The position numbers and the translations under genes were made by a program. The notes below the pieces were generated by a model. That model worked only from the letters and a program-made list of their open reading frames with translations. It ran no database searches and had not been told where the DNA came from. A stretch of 64,000 nucleotides of DNA, from NCBI GenBank assembly GCA_965112155.1, contig OZ218100.1. The stretch is one strand, 5' to 3'. Below, piece by piece: positions 25,801 to 39,397 of the stretch. Positions within the stretch are counted from its first letter, which is position 1. Every line of letters starts with the position of its first letter. The DNA is from Podarcis liolepis. Its lineage: Eukaryota.

Positions 25801-28800
25801 TATAGGACAATAAAGCACCCCAAACTGATGATTAAGGAATTCAACACCTTTTATCTAGCAGCTTAAGAAAATACAGTTGCATATGGAGGTGCTGCAATAT
25901 GTTATCTGACTACGTATATTCATGAATAAGTTTCTCTACAAAGTAGGAAAACTGACTTGTCTCTCACTGACTTCCTGAGATCAAACATGATCATAAACAT
26001 TCTGCATTTATTTCTTTTGTTATATATGTATATTTCTATAAAGAAGTATGTGATTGGAAAAGAGGATATGAAAACAAAACCTAGGGTGCATCCATATATT
26101 AGAAGAGAATGTCCCCTATAAAGCTGAAGTACATAGTATCTGTTGAACTGCAATATTTTCCGTGATTTTTTAAAGTAATATTTTTTATTGATTTTTGCAA
26201 AACAAGCCATATTTTGTGAATGCAATAATAAAGAAAAGGCTATTTTGTGCTTTTAAAGTATTGTCTGTGACTTAATACATTTATAACTGAAAACATCTGC
26301 AACTGAATATATTTATACATTTATTTTTGAGGGGGTTTCTTTTTTCCAAAGAGGCAGGCGGCATCATGCAAGTGACCTGCTGCTTTCCACAAAGTTCTTT
26401 GGATCAAGGCCATTGTGTTTAAAGGTGGGATGGGGAAGCTTTGGCCCTCCAGATTTTGTTTGAACATCTGGACAGTCACAGGTTCTCCATTCCTGATTTA
26501 AAGAATATTTAATACTTTGCAAAAACTAAAAACAGCAGGTCTCTATCCAATTGGCTCACACTGAAACCAAGCAGAGGCAAAGGAAGAGAACATGTTGGTG
26601 GTGAACAATATGTGACTGTGCAGAAGGAGTTGTAATTTGCTTAAGGCAGTGTGGAACGTTCTTAAATCTGCATGCTGCTAAAGTTGGTAATTACTACTTT
26701 GCCTTTAAAATAATGAAGCAAAATATAGAAGGTAAAAATTAAGGAGGCAAAGCAAACAGGATTGGTTTTTACAGGCTTTTTGAAATAAGAAAGGAGGCAT
26801 CTAGGATTTTAGCAGGAGGAACATTCCATGCATACAAAGAAGCTAAAGAAAAGGGAAGATGAAGAGAAACAGACCAAGCAAGAGACATGAAAAAATGATG
26901 ACTTGTAGCAATAAGCAGGACAGATAGGATAGCTGTAGCTCCACAAGCCAAGTGTGCCTGCTCGGGGCCTGATACGGAAATATTCTGCTTGTTTAATCGC
27001 TTAATGTCTGTCTGGTTCACTGGTGTCCTGTTCTGAGTAAGGAGGAGATAGTGGCTTAAGGGAGCAGATAAATCTGAGCCATAGTTAAATCCCAAAAATG
27101 CTGCATTGTGAGGCAGATGATGAATACACAGAGATTGGAAGTGTGGATGGCAGGACTGATGATAGAAATGGCAAGAGGAAGGGACTCCACCTGACTTAGC
27201 TTATAGATAACCCTTGAGGAAAGTAAAATGCTTAATTCTCTCCCAGCAATGGGAGATGAAAGGGGGGAAGGATTAAACGAGTGGAAGAAGCAAACATTTT
27301 AAGGGTCACATTCAGAAGATAGACTTAACAATTACCGTATTTTTTGCTCTATAAGACTCACTTTTTCCCTCCTAAAAAGTAAGGGGAAATGTGTGTGTGT
27401 CTTATGGAGCGAATGCAGGCTGCGCAGCTATCCCAAAAGCCAGAACAGCAAGAGGGATTGCTGCTTTCACTGCTCAGCGATCCCTCTTGCTGTTCTGGCT
27501 TCTGGGATTCAGAATATATTTTTTCTTGTTTTCCTCCTCCAAAAACTAGGTGCATCTTGTGGTCTAGTGCGTCTTATAGAGCGAAAAATATGGTATGTTT
27601 TTCAAGGACAGGGTATTAGCAAATGCTTCAGAAAGTCAGTATGAACAATTGGCAAGCCAGGGATGATATGCTGCACTTAAATCCACTGGGTATTCTAGTC
27701 TCAAAGAATGAATTGTGGTTCTTTGGGATTCCATTATTGTGGTCTTAGATAGATGTGGTCTGTGAAGCATGAATGCAGATCTGCCTTGGTTGACAATCAG
27801 GGACCTCTGATATTCTGCATCTTAGGGATCTCTTGGATAATGTGCCCTTTTCCTGTCCAAGTATTGCACCCTCTCCACTGGAGCCACAGATGCTCAGAAG
27901 TACCAGTTTACCTTCAAGGATTATTTATTTGTGTTTCTGCATCTTTCTGTCAGCAGAAATAAGTTTTATAAGCAAACAAAGCAGCTTATGGTATACTTCC
28001 TGGAAACTGCAAAATATGCGTGCACAGAAAGTTACATAGTTTACAGCCTGATGCATCACAGCATCCAAGAAGTTATGGAAAGTCCCCTTGTACAGAAGCC
28101 AGTAAGACCTGGCCGAAACTGGAAGTCTTCAGACTGAAGGAAGCTGACACTAAGTAGGACTATTGGTCCATCTTGCTCAGTATTATGTATTCTGACAGAG
28201 CCAGTGGCCCTCTGGGGTTTCAGACATGGTTCTCTCTGAGCCCTACCTGGAGATGCCTGGGATTGCACCTGGGGCCTAGAAACTTTTCCACTGAGCTATG
28301 GCTCTTCCCCAACCTGAACCCCGTAAGGGAAGCTGAAAGGCAGCCATTATGTACAGGCTGGAGACCCCACTTTGAAGGTCACTCTTTGTATTCATCATAG
28401 CATGTGCTCTCAGATGACTAGCCAGTGCTTTCTGTACAAGGGGATTTCCTGATATATCAGGCTGTGAGTTATGCAACATTTTGTGCACTCATGTTTCCAG
28501 GAACTATGACATGCATAGCTTTATATAAGAAGAGATACATTTTCCCACTTCCAGGGTGGTGTTTTACAAAGAATTCCTGTCAGCACTGGGATTTCCACTT
28601 GGGCAGCAGGGCTTTCTCTATCTCTCCTGCCCCTGCTCTTTTATAGAGGCCTGGGGAAACCTGAGGGGCAGGAGAGGAGGGAAACATTCCATTACACAAG
28701 AAGAAATCCTTGCACTAACAGAACACTCGCCTTAGGGCTACATTGTATTTCATCCAAAACTTGGATGGGAAGAATGATTGCCTGTCATACAAAACAATGC

Positions 28801-31800
28801 CTTAACAGAGTATGTGAGTGTGACTCCGCTATTACAAATTTGCATAATATATTTCTGTTCTGGAGGTTCATTCTATTCTTGTTACTAATAAAAAAAAAAG
28901 TAGCTGCACTTGTTAACAAAAGATCAAACAGCGTCGCCGACTTGTACAGTGCTCCTTTTCTGTCTAACAACAATATTTTGAAAAGCTATTGCTGAAGACA
29001 AAGGCTAAGGTCTTTGCTTTTGTTCTTTTTAATCTTTTTCTGGCTTTAAAAATATATATATATAATTGCTATAATTGAATTTCAGTGAATTAATGTCTAC
29101 ATTTTGTCTGTTTCTTTTTTGAAGTGCTGGAAAGAAAGATATCAACAAGGCAAAGCAGAGAGGAGTTGATAAGAAGGGGTGTCCTGAAGGAAATAACTGA
29201 ACAAGGTGATGGCAAGTAATATAGGCAGCTGCTAATAACTTTTGTATGCCATTTAAATGATTAGCATTATTTTTCTGTTGCTACTATCATTGTTTTGAAA
29301 CTCTGTGACATGACTGATAAAGCAGGCAGGGACACATCCTTTCAAGCCAGACTCATAACCCGCTTGTGATAAAACCCCTGGGTCTTCTGTTATAAGCACA
29401 AACCATAATTCAGTCTAAATAAAAAAATTCCTTCCAGTAGCACCTTAAAGACCAACTAAGTTAGTTCTTGGTATGAGCTTTCGTGTGCATGCACACTAAT
29501 TCAGTCTGTCATTTGTGTCTCATTGTTTGGGAAAGTGAACTGAATAGCAAGGTATATTCAGGAGAGAACATGGGAGCATACTTGAATCCAAGTATTCGTG
29601 TCAGGTGGCTGGGGTGGGGGGAACCTGCCATGCATCTAAGTGTTGTGCTGTTGAGTCTAGATGTCAAGGGAAGGAAGACATGCTTCAAAGACTGCTTGGA
29701 ATGCCCTAAAGAGGGTGTCAAGTACTCCCAGCAAAACTGTTGATACCATAATAATTCTGCTACAGAAATCTATGGGGCGGCCACACTTGAAATGCTGTGT
29801 ATAGTTCTGGTCGCCACACCTCTCAAAAGATATAGAGCTGGAAGAGGTGCAGGAAAGAGCAACCAAAATGATCAAAGGGATGAAGCAACTCCTCTATGAG
29901 GCAATGTTACAACGTGTTGGGGCCTTTTATTTTGGGGAAAGGTGTTGTGTGCACATTGGCTTGCTCAGGTTGACTAGGAAGGGCTAAATATTAGGTGACA
30001 ATTAGTGTTCTGGTAATGTAAGTACAGTGGTACCTCGGGTTACAGACACTTCAGATTACAGACTCTCCTAACCCAGAAATAGTACCTCAGGTTAAGAAAT
30101 TTACCTCAGGATGAGAACAGAAATCACGCAGCGGCAGCGGGAGGCTCCATTAGCGAAAGTGGTACCTCAGGTTAAGAACAGTTTCAGATTAAGAACGGAC
30201 CTCCGGAATGAATTAAGTTCTTAACCCGAGGTATCACTGTATTCTAGGCATTCAAGTGCTTGTTAATGTAGATTCCTTCCTCCCTTCCTCCCTTTCCAAT
30301 ATAGCTTCATCACATTTTATGTACATCAAGCGTGCGGCTCCTTGCTGTATGCTGCAACCCTGTAAATGGGAAGCGCTTACATACATTGTCAGCGTAAGGC
30401 AATAACTTTGTTATCATTTATTTCAGATGGAGAGATAACAGTAAATTATGAAACCTCAAACGGCCACACGATAGTAATCACTGAAGAAGCCATACAGGGA
30501 GAAAATGTCACGAAGACCGCAGAAGAGAATAGCTCCACATCAGCAAAAGCTCCACCAGCTACAGAAGAGAGAAAAGATGGCAAAAAGGGTAATTTAAAAT
30601 GCAACTCATCTGGATTGATTTCTCATTTTAAAAACATGAGTAGATAATTTATGTAAACGGTTATACTGAAAATGACTCTGCCTCTAGTGACAAGGAAGCC
30701 AATGTAGAGATAGGCTTTGCAGAAACAAGACAGCAGTTAATATTTTTAAGTGGCATCTTTTCAATCAGAAATACAAATTTAAAATGGAACATAAAGTTGG
30801 TCTCGTTGGAAGTGGAGGAAAAGGTGGTAGGTCTGGAAGAGGAGCAGATTTTTATTTGTTTTAACAGACATGAATGGAACCTTGTCTGTGGCTTAATGAG
30901 AGGCAATTAGAATTGCACGAGAAGGCCATTCACTGAATCTTAGCTTAACCTCCATCCCAAAGTTGTGAGGCTAACATTAGAGCAGGTGTGGTGTGGGGGG
31001 CTTGTGTACCACCCTGAGCTCCTTCAAAGAAGGGCAGGATGTACATCATACAAAAGCATTTATATAACTTTTTCTGCTTGTTTATAACTAAACTTCCTGC
31101 GTGTGTAGAATGGAACAGTTACAGACTACAAGATGATGGTGAACAAATATTAGTTCTATTTTAACAGAAGCTCACCACCACCACCAAAAGTTGATTTATG
31201 AACTTTTTCTACAAAGGAAAATACACAATACACTAATGGAAACATCTTTTTTTTAAGTGGGTGCCCTGCTGTTCTATAGCTGGCACTACAAGTACTGTGC
31301 ATGCCACCAGGTTGCTATTTGCTTTCTATGTGAGAAAATCAGTAAGAACATAAGAACAGCTGTTCAGGATCAGGCAAAAAAGTCCATCCTTACTGGCACT
31401 CTGATTTTCCTCAGTGGTGGACCAGAAGTCCACAAGCAGAAAGTGAAGATGCTAGCCATCTTGTGATGTTTGCCTCTATCAACTGGTATTCAGAGAAATA
31501 CTGCTGCTGGACATGAAGGCTGTATTTAGCTTACGATTTATTACAATTAGTGGAACTTCGCTTCATGTAGTCTTGGGGCCAAATGACAAAGAAACATCAA
31601 AAACTCCTGACATTTCTGATTGTAGTCTGACAGAAGACAGGAGGCTTCAATTTTGATTGGAGCAATGGGTTACCTGTATATTTTTCACAACAAGGCAAAC
31701 TGAAGATTCTGGAATGCTGTTACTCTGATCAAAATTAGAGCCTCCCTTCTGCCAGTCATTTAACTCAATACAGAGAAACCAGGAGATCCAACCATGATGG

Positions 31801-34800
31801 CTTTCCATGGGCAAATGTTCTGCATTTTTGAGGGATAACTCCAGATACTTGAGAGATCCATCAGACAAGTAATACTCATGCAAAGAATTCCTAAATCTTG
31901 CAGAGGGAAAGAAGGCAGTGATTGCTTATTTACATGCATTGCTGCATCTAACAGTTTACCATGACTGGTGTATTTCATAGCTTCAAGCACTCCATAGCAG
32001 AAATAGAATATTTCTGGTAATCACAACATTGCTTTCTCAAATATAATAGTTATGAATAGTCAGTACCCATTTTCCATAAAAGCTAACTCAAACTGCTGTG
32101 ATAAAGATGGTTCACTTCTGAATACCAAATCCTGGTAAAAAATCTAGGGGAGAAAGTCATTGCTTCCATGCCCTGCTTGTAGCCCTCCCAGAGAAAGTTG
32201 CTTGTTGCCATAGGTAACAGTGCTGGACTGTACTGAACTTTAGGTCTGACCCCTCAAGGCAGTTTTAAACATTTTTAACCATACATTTCCATGGATGAAG
32301 AAACATGACAGATTTCTCTTTGACGGTGCATATTCAAGATAACTACAGACAACACTGTATCACCTCCCTGTTGTACCTGCAGTCAGGGTAACAAAAGGGG
32401 TGATTAATTTTTTTTCTATGCATGCTAATAGGTGCATCCTAATAAACATTGGTGATTTATGAATAAAGGGGGGAAGTTTGGTGGCAATTCCAGGTTAATT
32501 GATAAAGTATGTGATCGCGTACATATGTGCCTTTATGAGGTCTTGTTGCTCATTTGTATCTTATCGTTATGAAGGAGCTCCTTGCAGTCTCACTGAAATG
32601 AATGAAGGCTGTGCCTGAAATCTTAAAAGGCAAATGCTGTGTGTTTGTCAAACAAACCTAGCAGCCTAATCCAGGATTCTTTCTAGCCATGTGAAATAAG
32701 AAACAAGTGCATTTCCTGCAAAAAAAGTTGCTAGCTACAAATAGAGCATATTCTCCTGAGAATACATTAAAAGACAAGTGACCTTTCACATGATATATGC
32801 ATGGAGATGGGTGGTTTTTTTCACTTGGTCTATGTTGTAGCAAATAGGTTTATGTGCCCTTTGCCTGCTTGAGGTTTTTCAGTTTGTTTGTTTTAACCTT
32901 TTCTCTATAAATACAAAGTATTAAAACTACTCCTACGAAACCCGGGTCTGCAATACTGCCCATGGTTCTTCTGTGCTCACGATTATATTGATCTCGGCTC
33001 ATATTCATCTCAGTAGGACTTATGTATACATAACTAGTGGTGGGATTGTATATATTATTTCTTTTCATGTTCAGGAATGGGACTTTTAACAAGAGCAGAA
33101 AATGAGCAGAACTGTAATAATGAAATGCTGAATGCCTTGATGATTAGGCCATGGTAGACTGGTACTCTGAGCACAGAAAGAGTTAAGAGTGTTTTTGGAA
33201 GCAAAGCTGTTCCTGATAAACAATTTTAGGAATGTTAAATGCTTCCGAAGTTTGTCGCCTTGCAGATGCTTTCTACATTTTGAGTATTGCTATTAGTAAT
33301 AATGATGGGGTGTCAACTCTACAAGAGGCATGTTTAGAAGGAGGTACTTCTCTTGTACCAAATTAATAAGAACATGCTGACAGGTTTTCATCTGCTTGTA
33401 TTTTGGGTAAATGATTATTGAGTGCATGCTGTATAAGTGATCTTGCCCTAAATCTTTTATAAATCTGTCATCTGCTTTAAGAAATACCATGTTCTCAAAA
33501 GAAGAAGAAATAAACACTAAAATTACCCAGCATGTATCAAGCAACACTGAGTATAAATGATTTCTGTCCTACACAGATGTTGTAATAGCTGAGCACATAC
33601 CATTTTAGAATTGTAATTTGGCTTAGAACTGGTAGCAGAAGAGCTAGTTAATTTAGGGGGTTACCAGTGATAATGTGAGAGGGGAACTTGAGTCAAAAAG
33701 TAACAAAATTGACATGATTCCATACCATGCTTACATACTACTAACTAGGTGAGCCAGCAGGGTTTTCTGGGTCCAGTCCACTGTATGTGGACTGGGGCCT
33801 CTGACCCACATGCAGAAAGGACACAGATTTGCATCAAATTTTCATATGCTTTGTCTAATATGTAAATTTTACAAGTAAAGCAGAGTCCAAAAATAAATCA
33901 GCGGCCACACATATAAAAAAATATCTGACAGACAGAATGTGAACAAGTGAAGGTTTCCCCGTAAATGTATTTCTATACCACAAGAGGATTAACTTGTTTA
34001 ATTTCTGCCTTCCACACAGCTGTTAAATGCACAAGACACCTGCTTTCCTCAATGCTATCCCTAAACCAAATCCTAGACTGCAATCCTATACCCACTTACC
34101 TGGGAGTACTCCCCATTAAACACAAACTTACTTCTGAGTAGACATTCCTCATCTCTCAGGTTAATCAACAACCCATGGCCTTGAAACTAGGGGGACTGTT
34201 GCTTTTGTTTGTTAATATGGTATATATTTTTGTAGTTCTGCATTGCAAACTGCTCTGTGAGCCTGAGGTTGGCTAGCTGAGTCAGTAGAGCATGAGAGTC
34301 TTAATCCCAGGGTTGTGGGTTTGAGCCCCACTTTGAGTAAAAGATTCCTGCATCCCAGGGGGTTAGACTAGATGATCCTCTTACTCCCTTCCAACTCTAC
34401 AATTTTATGATTCTGTGATCCTCAGAAGAAGGGCAGTATAGAAATCAAATTAATATTAATAAGTGAACTATACAGTGAATTATTAATGAGTGCCAGGACT
34501 TTAGCGCATGCAGGGGAAACTACCTAAGCCTCAACATCCACCTATACTTACTGTGTGTTGGTATTTGCAGAAAAGAGCTGCTAGGAGCTACCTGATCTCA
34601 GACAGACTCATCACAAGAATGAGGCATCCTGGTTGCTAGGGGGAAAGGAAGGGCAAACTATGGAGATTCCAAGGACTAGTAAATGAGACAGAAGCTGGGA
34701 AAAGTGTACTAAAGAGGAGGGGAGAACAACAGCTCCTTAGGATCCTAGAGATTCCTGTTGCCCAGTGTCAGTTACAGCTGTTACTTCACTGATTGGCTAT

Positions 34801-37800
34801 GAACATTGAAAGGCAGGAGCAGCAAGGCTGCCTCATCTCAAAGAAGTCACTTAGAAGGGTACCTGCATATTTACTTCATAACTTACTTTCTAGGAGAGCT
34901 AGAGACCCTTGCTTTAAAAAAAAAATGAAAACTCAGAGTCTGGGGTTCCTGCTAGCTGTGATCTTGTTATTTCAGTAACCCCTGTACCTGTCTCTTGGCA
35001 GCCCTGGTCACATGTGACACGCACAACTGTATTTACTTGTCTCACATACTGTTGGTTTTTACATACTAATTATTTCTAATAATAACGCTGTTTATCTCTT
35101 GAGAATGGGGTAGAGATCCAAATATGGTCTGGTGAATTGGAATAAATTGAGCTTTGGTTGCTTGAGAAGCATCTCTGAAATGATTGTAATGACACTATCC
35201 TCCTTCAGTGGGAACTGAATTATTTTTTAAAAGCTGTTCCCTTGTTTCTGCATTTTGAGAGCCTCTCTGGGCCGCACGACGGACCTCGGAGATGTACTAG
35301 ACAGACTTGATATAATTTGGCTGCAATTCCTTTCTTTAAATAAATAAATAAATCAGAAATATTCCTGATTCTCAAGAGGTGGAGCAGTTTGGAGAGATGT
35401 GTTTGTTTGTTTGTTTGTTTGTCATCCTGCCAGTTGTCGTCTGTTTGTCAGTTGCTTTCTGTTCACTTTCTCATCCATAGAGAAACCTCTTCCTAAAGGT
35501 TCAGAAACATCGGCACCCCGTGCCCCACCACCGCCACCTCCTAAATCTAAGCCTAAAGCTAAAAAAGCAACCATACCTCCAAAAAATGCTACTGCTGCTG
35601 CCACTAGCCATAAGACTAACGAAGTGCCACATGCTAAAAAAAAGGGCAAGGCCCCTGCCAAGCAGGCCTCTGCACCGCCTACCAAGCCAACAAGCCGCGG
35701 TGCAAACCGAGAAGCTGGTGAGTAACACACGGGTTGGTCGTTCCGTAATGCATGCTGTGGGTATTAACATATGGGTGCCCAGCTTTGGATTTGTGGAGCT
35801 TACTGCTTGCTTTCGATGTCAGAAATACTAATACAGTGTGTGTCTTGTCAGTAGCTAACTCTTCACTGACTTTGTTTTCTAATGCACTCTACTGCTGAAT
35901 AAATGCCACTGGCTATGCTTCCTTGCCACAGCCACTGGCATTAAAAGTACAGGGAGCAGCAACTTCCAGACATTAGCGTGCATTCAGCTGAACAAGCGCT
36001 ACAGCATCATGGAAACAGGCAGATGACAGTTGCTGGCTTTGCATCTGACGATAATAAGACTTGGGTGTTGTAATGTGTGGCTGGGCAACACACAGCCCAG
36101 TGTAGAGCAAACTTCGTGGTTATCATGCTCTGTTATTAAAATTTTGAAAATTGTTGGTTAGAATAAATGTACATTGCTAGCCCTCCTGGATAGCGAGGCT
36201 GATTTGAAAACAAAAGAACAAAAAACCAAAAGAAAACCCCCCAAAGGATTGGTCAGTATTGACAGCTAAACTAAGAATATATGATGAAGCTAAGGGTTGT
36301 GGGGTTAATGACTGCATATCGCCTTTATAATGACCACTACCCAAATGCCGTTGGTGGATATAGCTGTGTACACACGTAGCCTTTAAAATGCCCAGCGGTT
36401 GTTTTTCCAAAGTGTGCTTTTGTAAATAGCGACTTGTAATTGTTTAGCATCTGAAAGTCTTTATACAAGGACTTGGAAATCATGCAGCTTAAGACACAGT
36501 GAAGGCTGGATTCTCTTTACTTGCTTCTATTCTGATTTCCTCCCTCTCCCAATATTTCAAAAATACCTTAGCAATAATGAGTTTGTGAAACCTTTTCTAA
36601 CATTAAGTTTCCAAGGATGGCAGATAACATTGAAAAAGCCTGTGAAATGCAGAGGCAAATTGCCCACGCCTGATCTTAGAGGCACAGTAACAGGCAGCAT
36701 GTGATTAGCATTTTGTTTCAGCAGTGGCAGGGATTTGAGCTGCTCGTGGCACCCCAGGAATGCAGCACTTTACATCAGATCTGAAAGTGTTGGGTGGTGT
36801 GCTTAGGGAGTTTATTGGTTTTGTAAAAAGAAAGAAAGGGGACTTCTAAAAACAAGCAAAAAGAAGTCCAACTTTTTCTTACCAGAGAATGTGTGAGATG
36901 AAATTTTCCCACTGTTCTTTGGACTCCTCCTTCCGTCTTCCAGTGGGCTGATGATTGATCCCAATCCTTTTTTTATGGCTAAGCAACAGGGAGTAAGCTG
37001 TGTAACCTTTCACAAATTCATACCCCTGGCCTTTTATGCTGCGAACTGCCCTGAGATCTTCGGATGAAGGGCAGTACACAAATTTAATAAATAAAAATAA
37101 TAACTACATCTAAGTATTCCAACATTATCAGTGTTAGCAGACATCAACCCATTGTTTCATATTAAGCAAGAATTCTCATTAGCCTTGGCCACAGCTAATT
37201 TTGGTACCCGTGGAAGTGCTTGGCAAGCCTTAAAACAGGACTTGCTGTGCATGAGACAGTTACATCCACTTTGCCCCTCCCTGCTTGTGCTGGGGAGAAC
37301 AAAATCAGTGTTGCTTCTGAACCAAGGATTGTGGTTTGGTTTGCTCCAAGCCATGGAGCATGATTGATGACAAGCCATGATTGATGACTAGCCAAGGTTT
37401 CCTTTTGGCTTACTAATCATTACTCACCTTTTGGGAAAGGTTCATAGCTCGATAGTAGAGCATCTGCTTTGCATGTAGAAGGTCCCAGGGAAGAGTCTTG
37501 CCTGAACCCCTGGAGTGCTTCTGCCTGTCAGTATAGACAATACTGAACTAGATGGACCAACAATATGAATCAGTGAAAGGCACCTTCCTACGTTTATATC
37601 CCTAGTTTGGATGTAACACTAAGCCAAGGATCTGGTGTTTTTTAACCTCCATGCCCTCATGGGGAAAAGCAAAACATTCATGCAAGGCGTAATCATGGTA
37701 AATAATCAACTATAGTTTACTATGGTGTGCAAACTGGGCTAATATAATGTTTAAAGCTGGTACAAGCTGGGCAGGGGAAGGAAGAAAGGACATGAACCAG

Positions 37801-39356
37801 CAGTCAGATCTCTTGTTTAACTACTGTCAAATGTGTCCCCTAGCTCTGTAAATAATTATGTACTTATTACACTTTAGAGTTGCCAATACTGCTTGTTTAG
37901 CTTCAGATTTTCCAGTAATAGGGTGGAACCCCATTGCAGAAACATAACGTATGTTGACCGCAAAAAAAAAAGTGTTTAGGAAACCATTTCTGCAATGATG
38001 ACATGTATGTTCTCTCCCATTTCAGCTAGTTCCTCGCACGTAAAAAAAGTGCACACTTCCAAGGCACCGTCGTCATCTCCTTCATCCACATCATCTCGCC
38101 CTAAAACCTCTAAAGAGCCGACGTCAAGCAAAACAGGCACAGGGACACCCAGAGACAAGAAGAAGCATGGAAAGCAGGTGGCGGTGCGAACATCTGCTGA
38201 TGGGGACATTTCTTCCACCTCAAACACAGCAGTGGGCAACTCAGAAGCAAAGGTGGAAAACTCTAAACCAGAAGAGCCTCTCTCTGTTATTTCTGAAGCT
38301 AGAGACACAACGCAGCCAAGCACAGCTACTGTTCCTCCCCCTCCTGCTGTTCCGCCACCACCCCCTCCTCCCTTCATCCCATCTCTGTATCCAGGCTCTC
38401 AGCCCCCTGGTTTCTCAGACACACAAGATGTGCCAGTTAGCACTGAAATAGCTCCGTCTGTCCCTGGCACAGATTCTAACGATCTTCACATGAAAACTGA
38501 AGCAGATAGTGAAAGCTCTTCAAGCAGTGCTGTCCTAGACAATAGCCTGGATACTGAGGGAGAAGACACAGAATGGTAAGACCACATGCTCTCAGGTAGC
38601 TCATGATAACTTGGAGCAACATTGCAGTAGTATTTAGGGAGATGGTGGAGTGATTTAGATAGGCTTTCCTATACCTAAAGTTTGAACTATGCTTTGAAAC
38701 TCGGAAAGGTTTTGCTAATTTTCTCTCTCTTTCTTTAATTATATTTTCATAACCTCAAGCAGAAGTGAAAGAGAGGGAGCCAGGATTTTATGCAATTCAT
38801 TTATTTAAAAAAATACACAAGAAACTTTCAAAATAAAAGCTTTAGCAAAATTGCCAAGCATATAAAATAACTTGGTTAGACTGCTTTGAGTTTCAAATAT
38901 ATATTTGAAAGTCTGCAAATAGGGCTCCAAAATTACAGCTCACCATTTATTTGGAGATATGCTATTCATATTCTTTGTTCATTCCTAAGAGTTGTTAAAA
39001 AAAAAATCCATGGTTCTGGTTGAGTGAATATATCATGAGGCTCAGAGTTCTGTTTTAGAATGACTTCAATGTTCCAACATGGTGTAGTATGGTAGACATG
39101 GCCCCATTTCTGAGGCTGACTGCATTCTTAGGACAATTTCAGAAGGAGCTGTCCTTGGTAATGCTTCTATCCAGTAGCAAGCTGTGCTTCTTGAAAACAG
39201 CTTTGCTTCACCTTGTTTACTGAAACCTGGTATTGGGATCTTGCATTTTGCCTGGTGCTCTGCTGTGCAACAATGAAAGAAATGAATATTCCTTTAGAAA
39301 AGGGCTAAGCTGTGCCATGTTCCTTTCTAATCTAAAGCTCTTTCTATTTATCTGTG

Positions 39357-39397
<41 letters not shown>

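Noticed and set aside
34268-34340. Possible tRNA-Lys gene
   Set aside because: Several stem and B-box mutations, and it continues into a CR1-type tail, so it is a SINE head rather than a functional tRNA.
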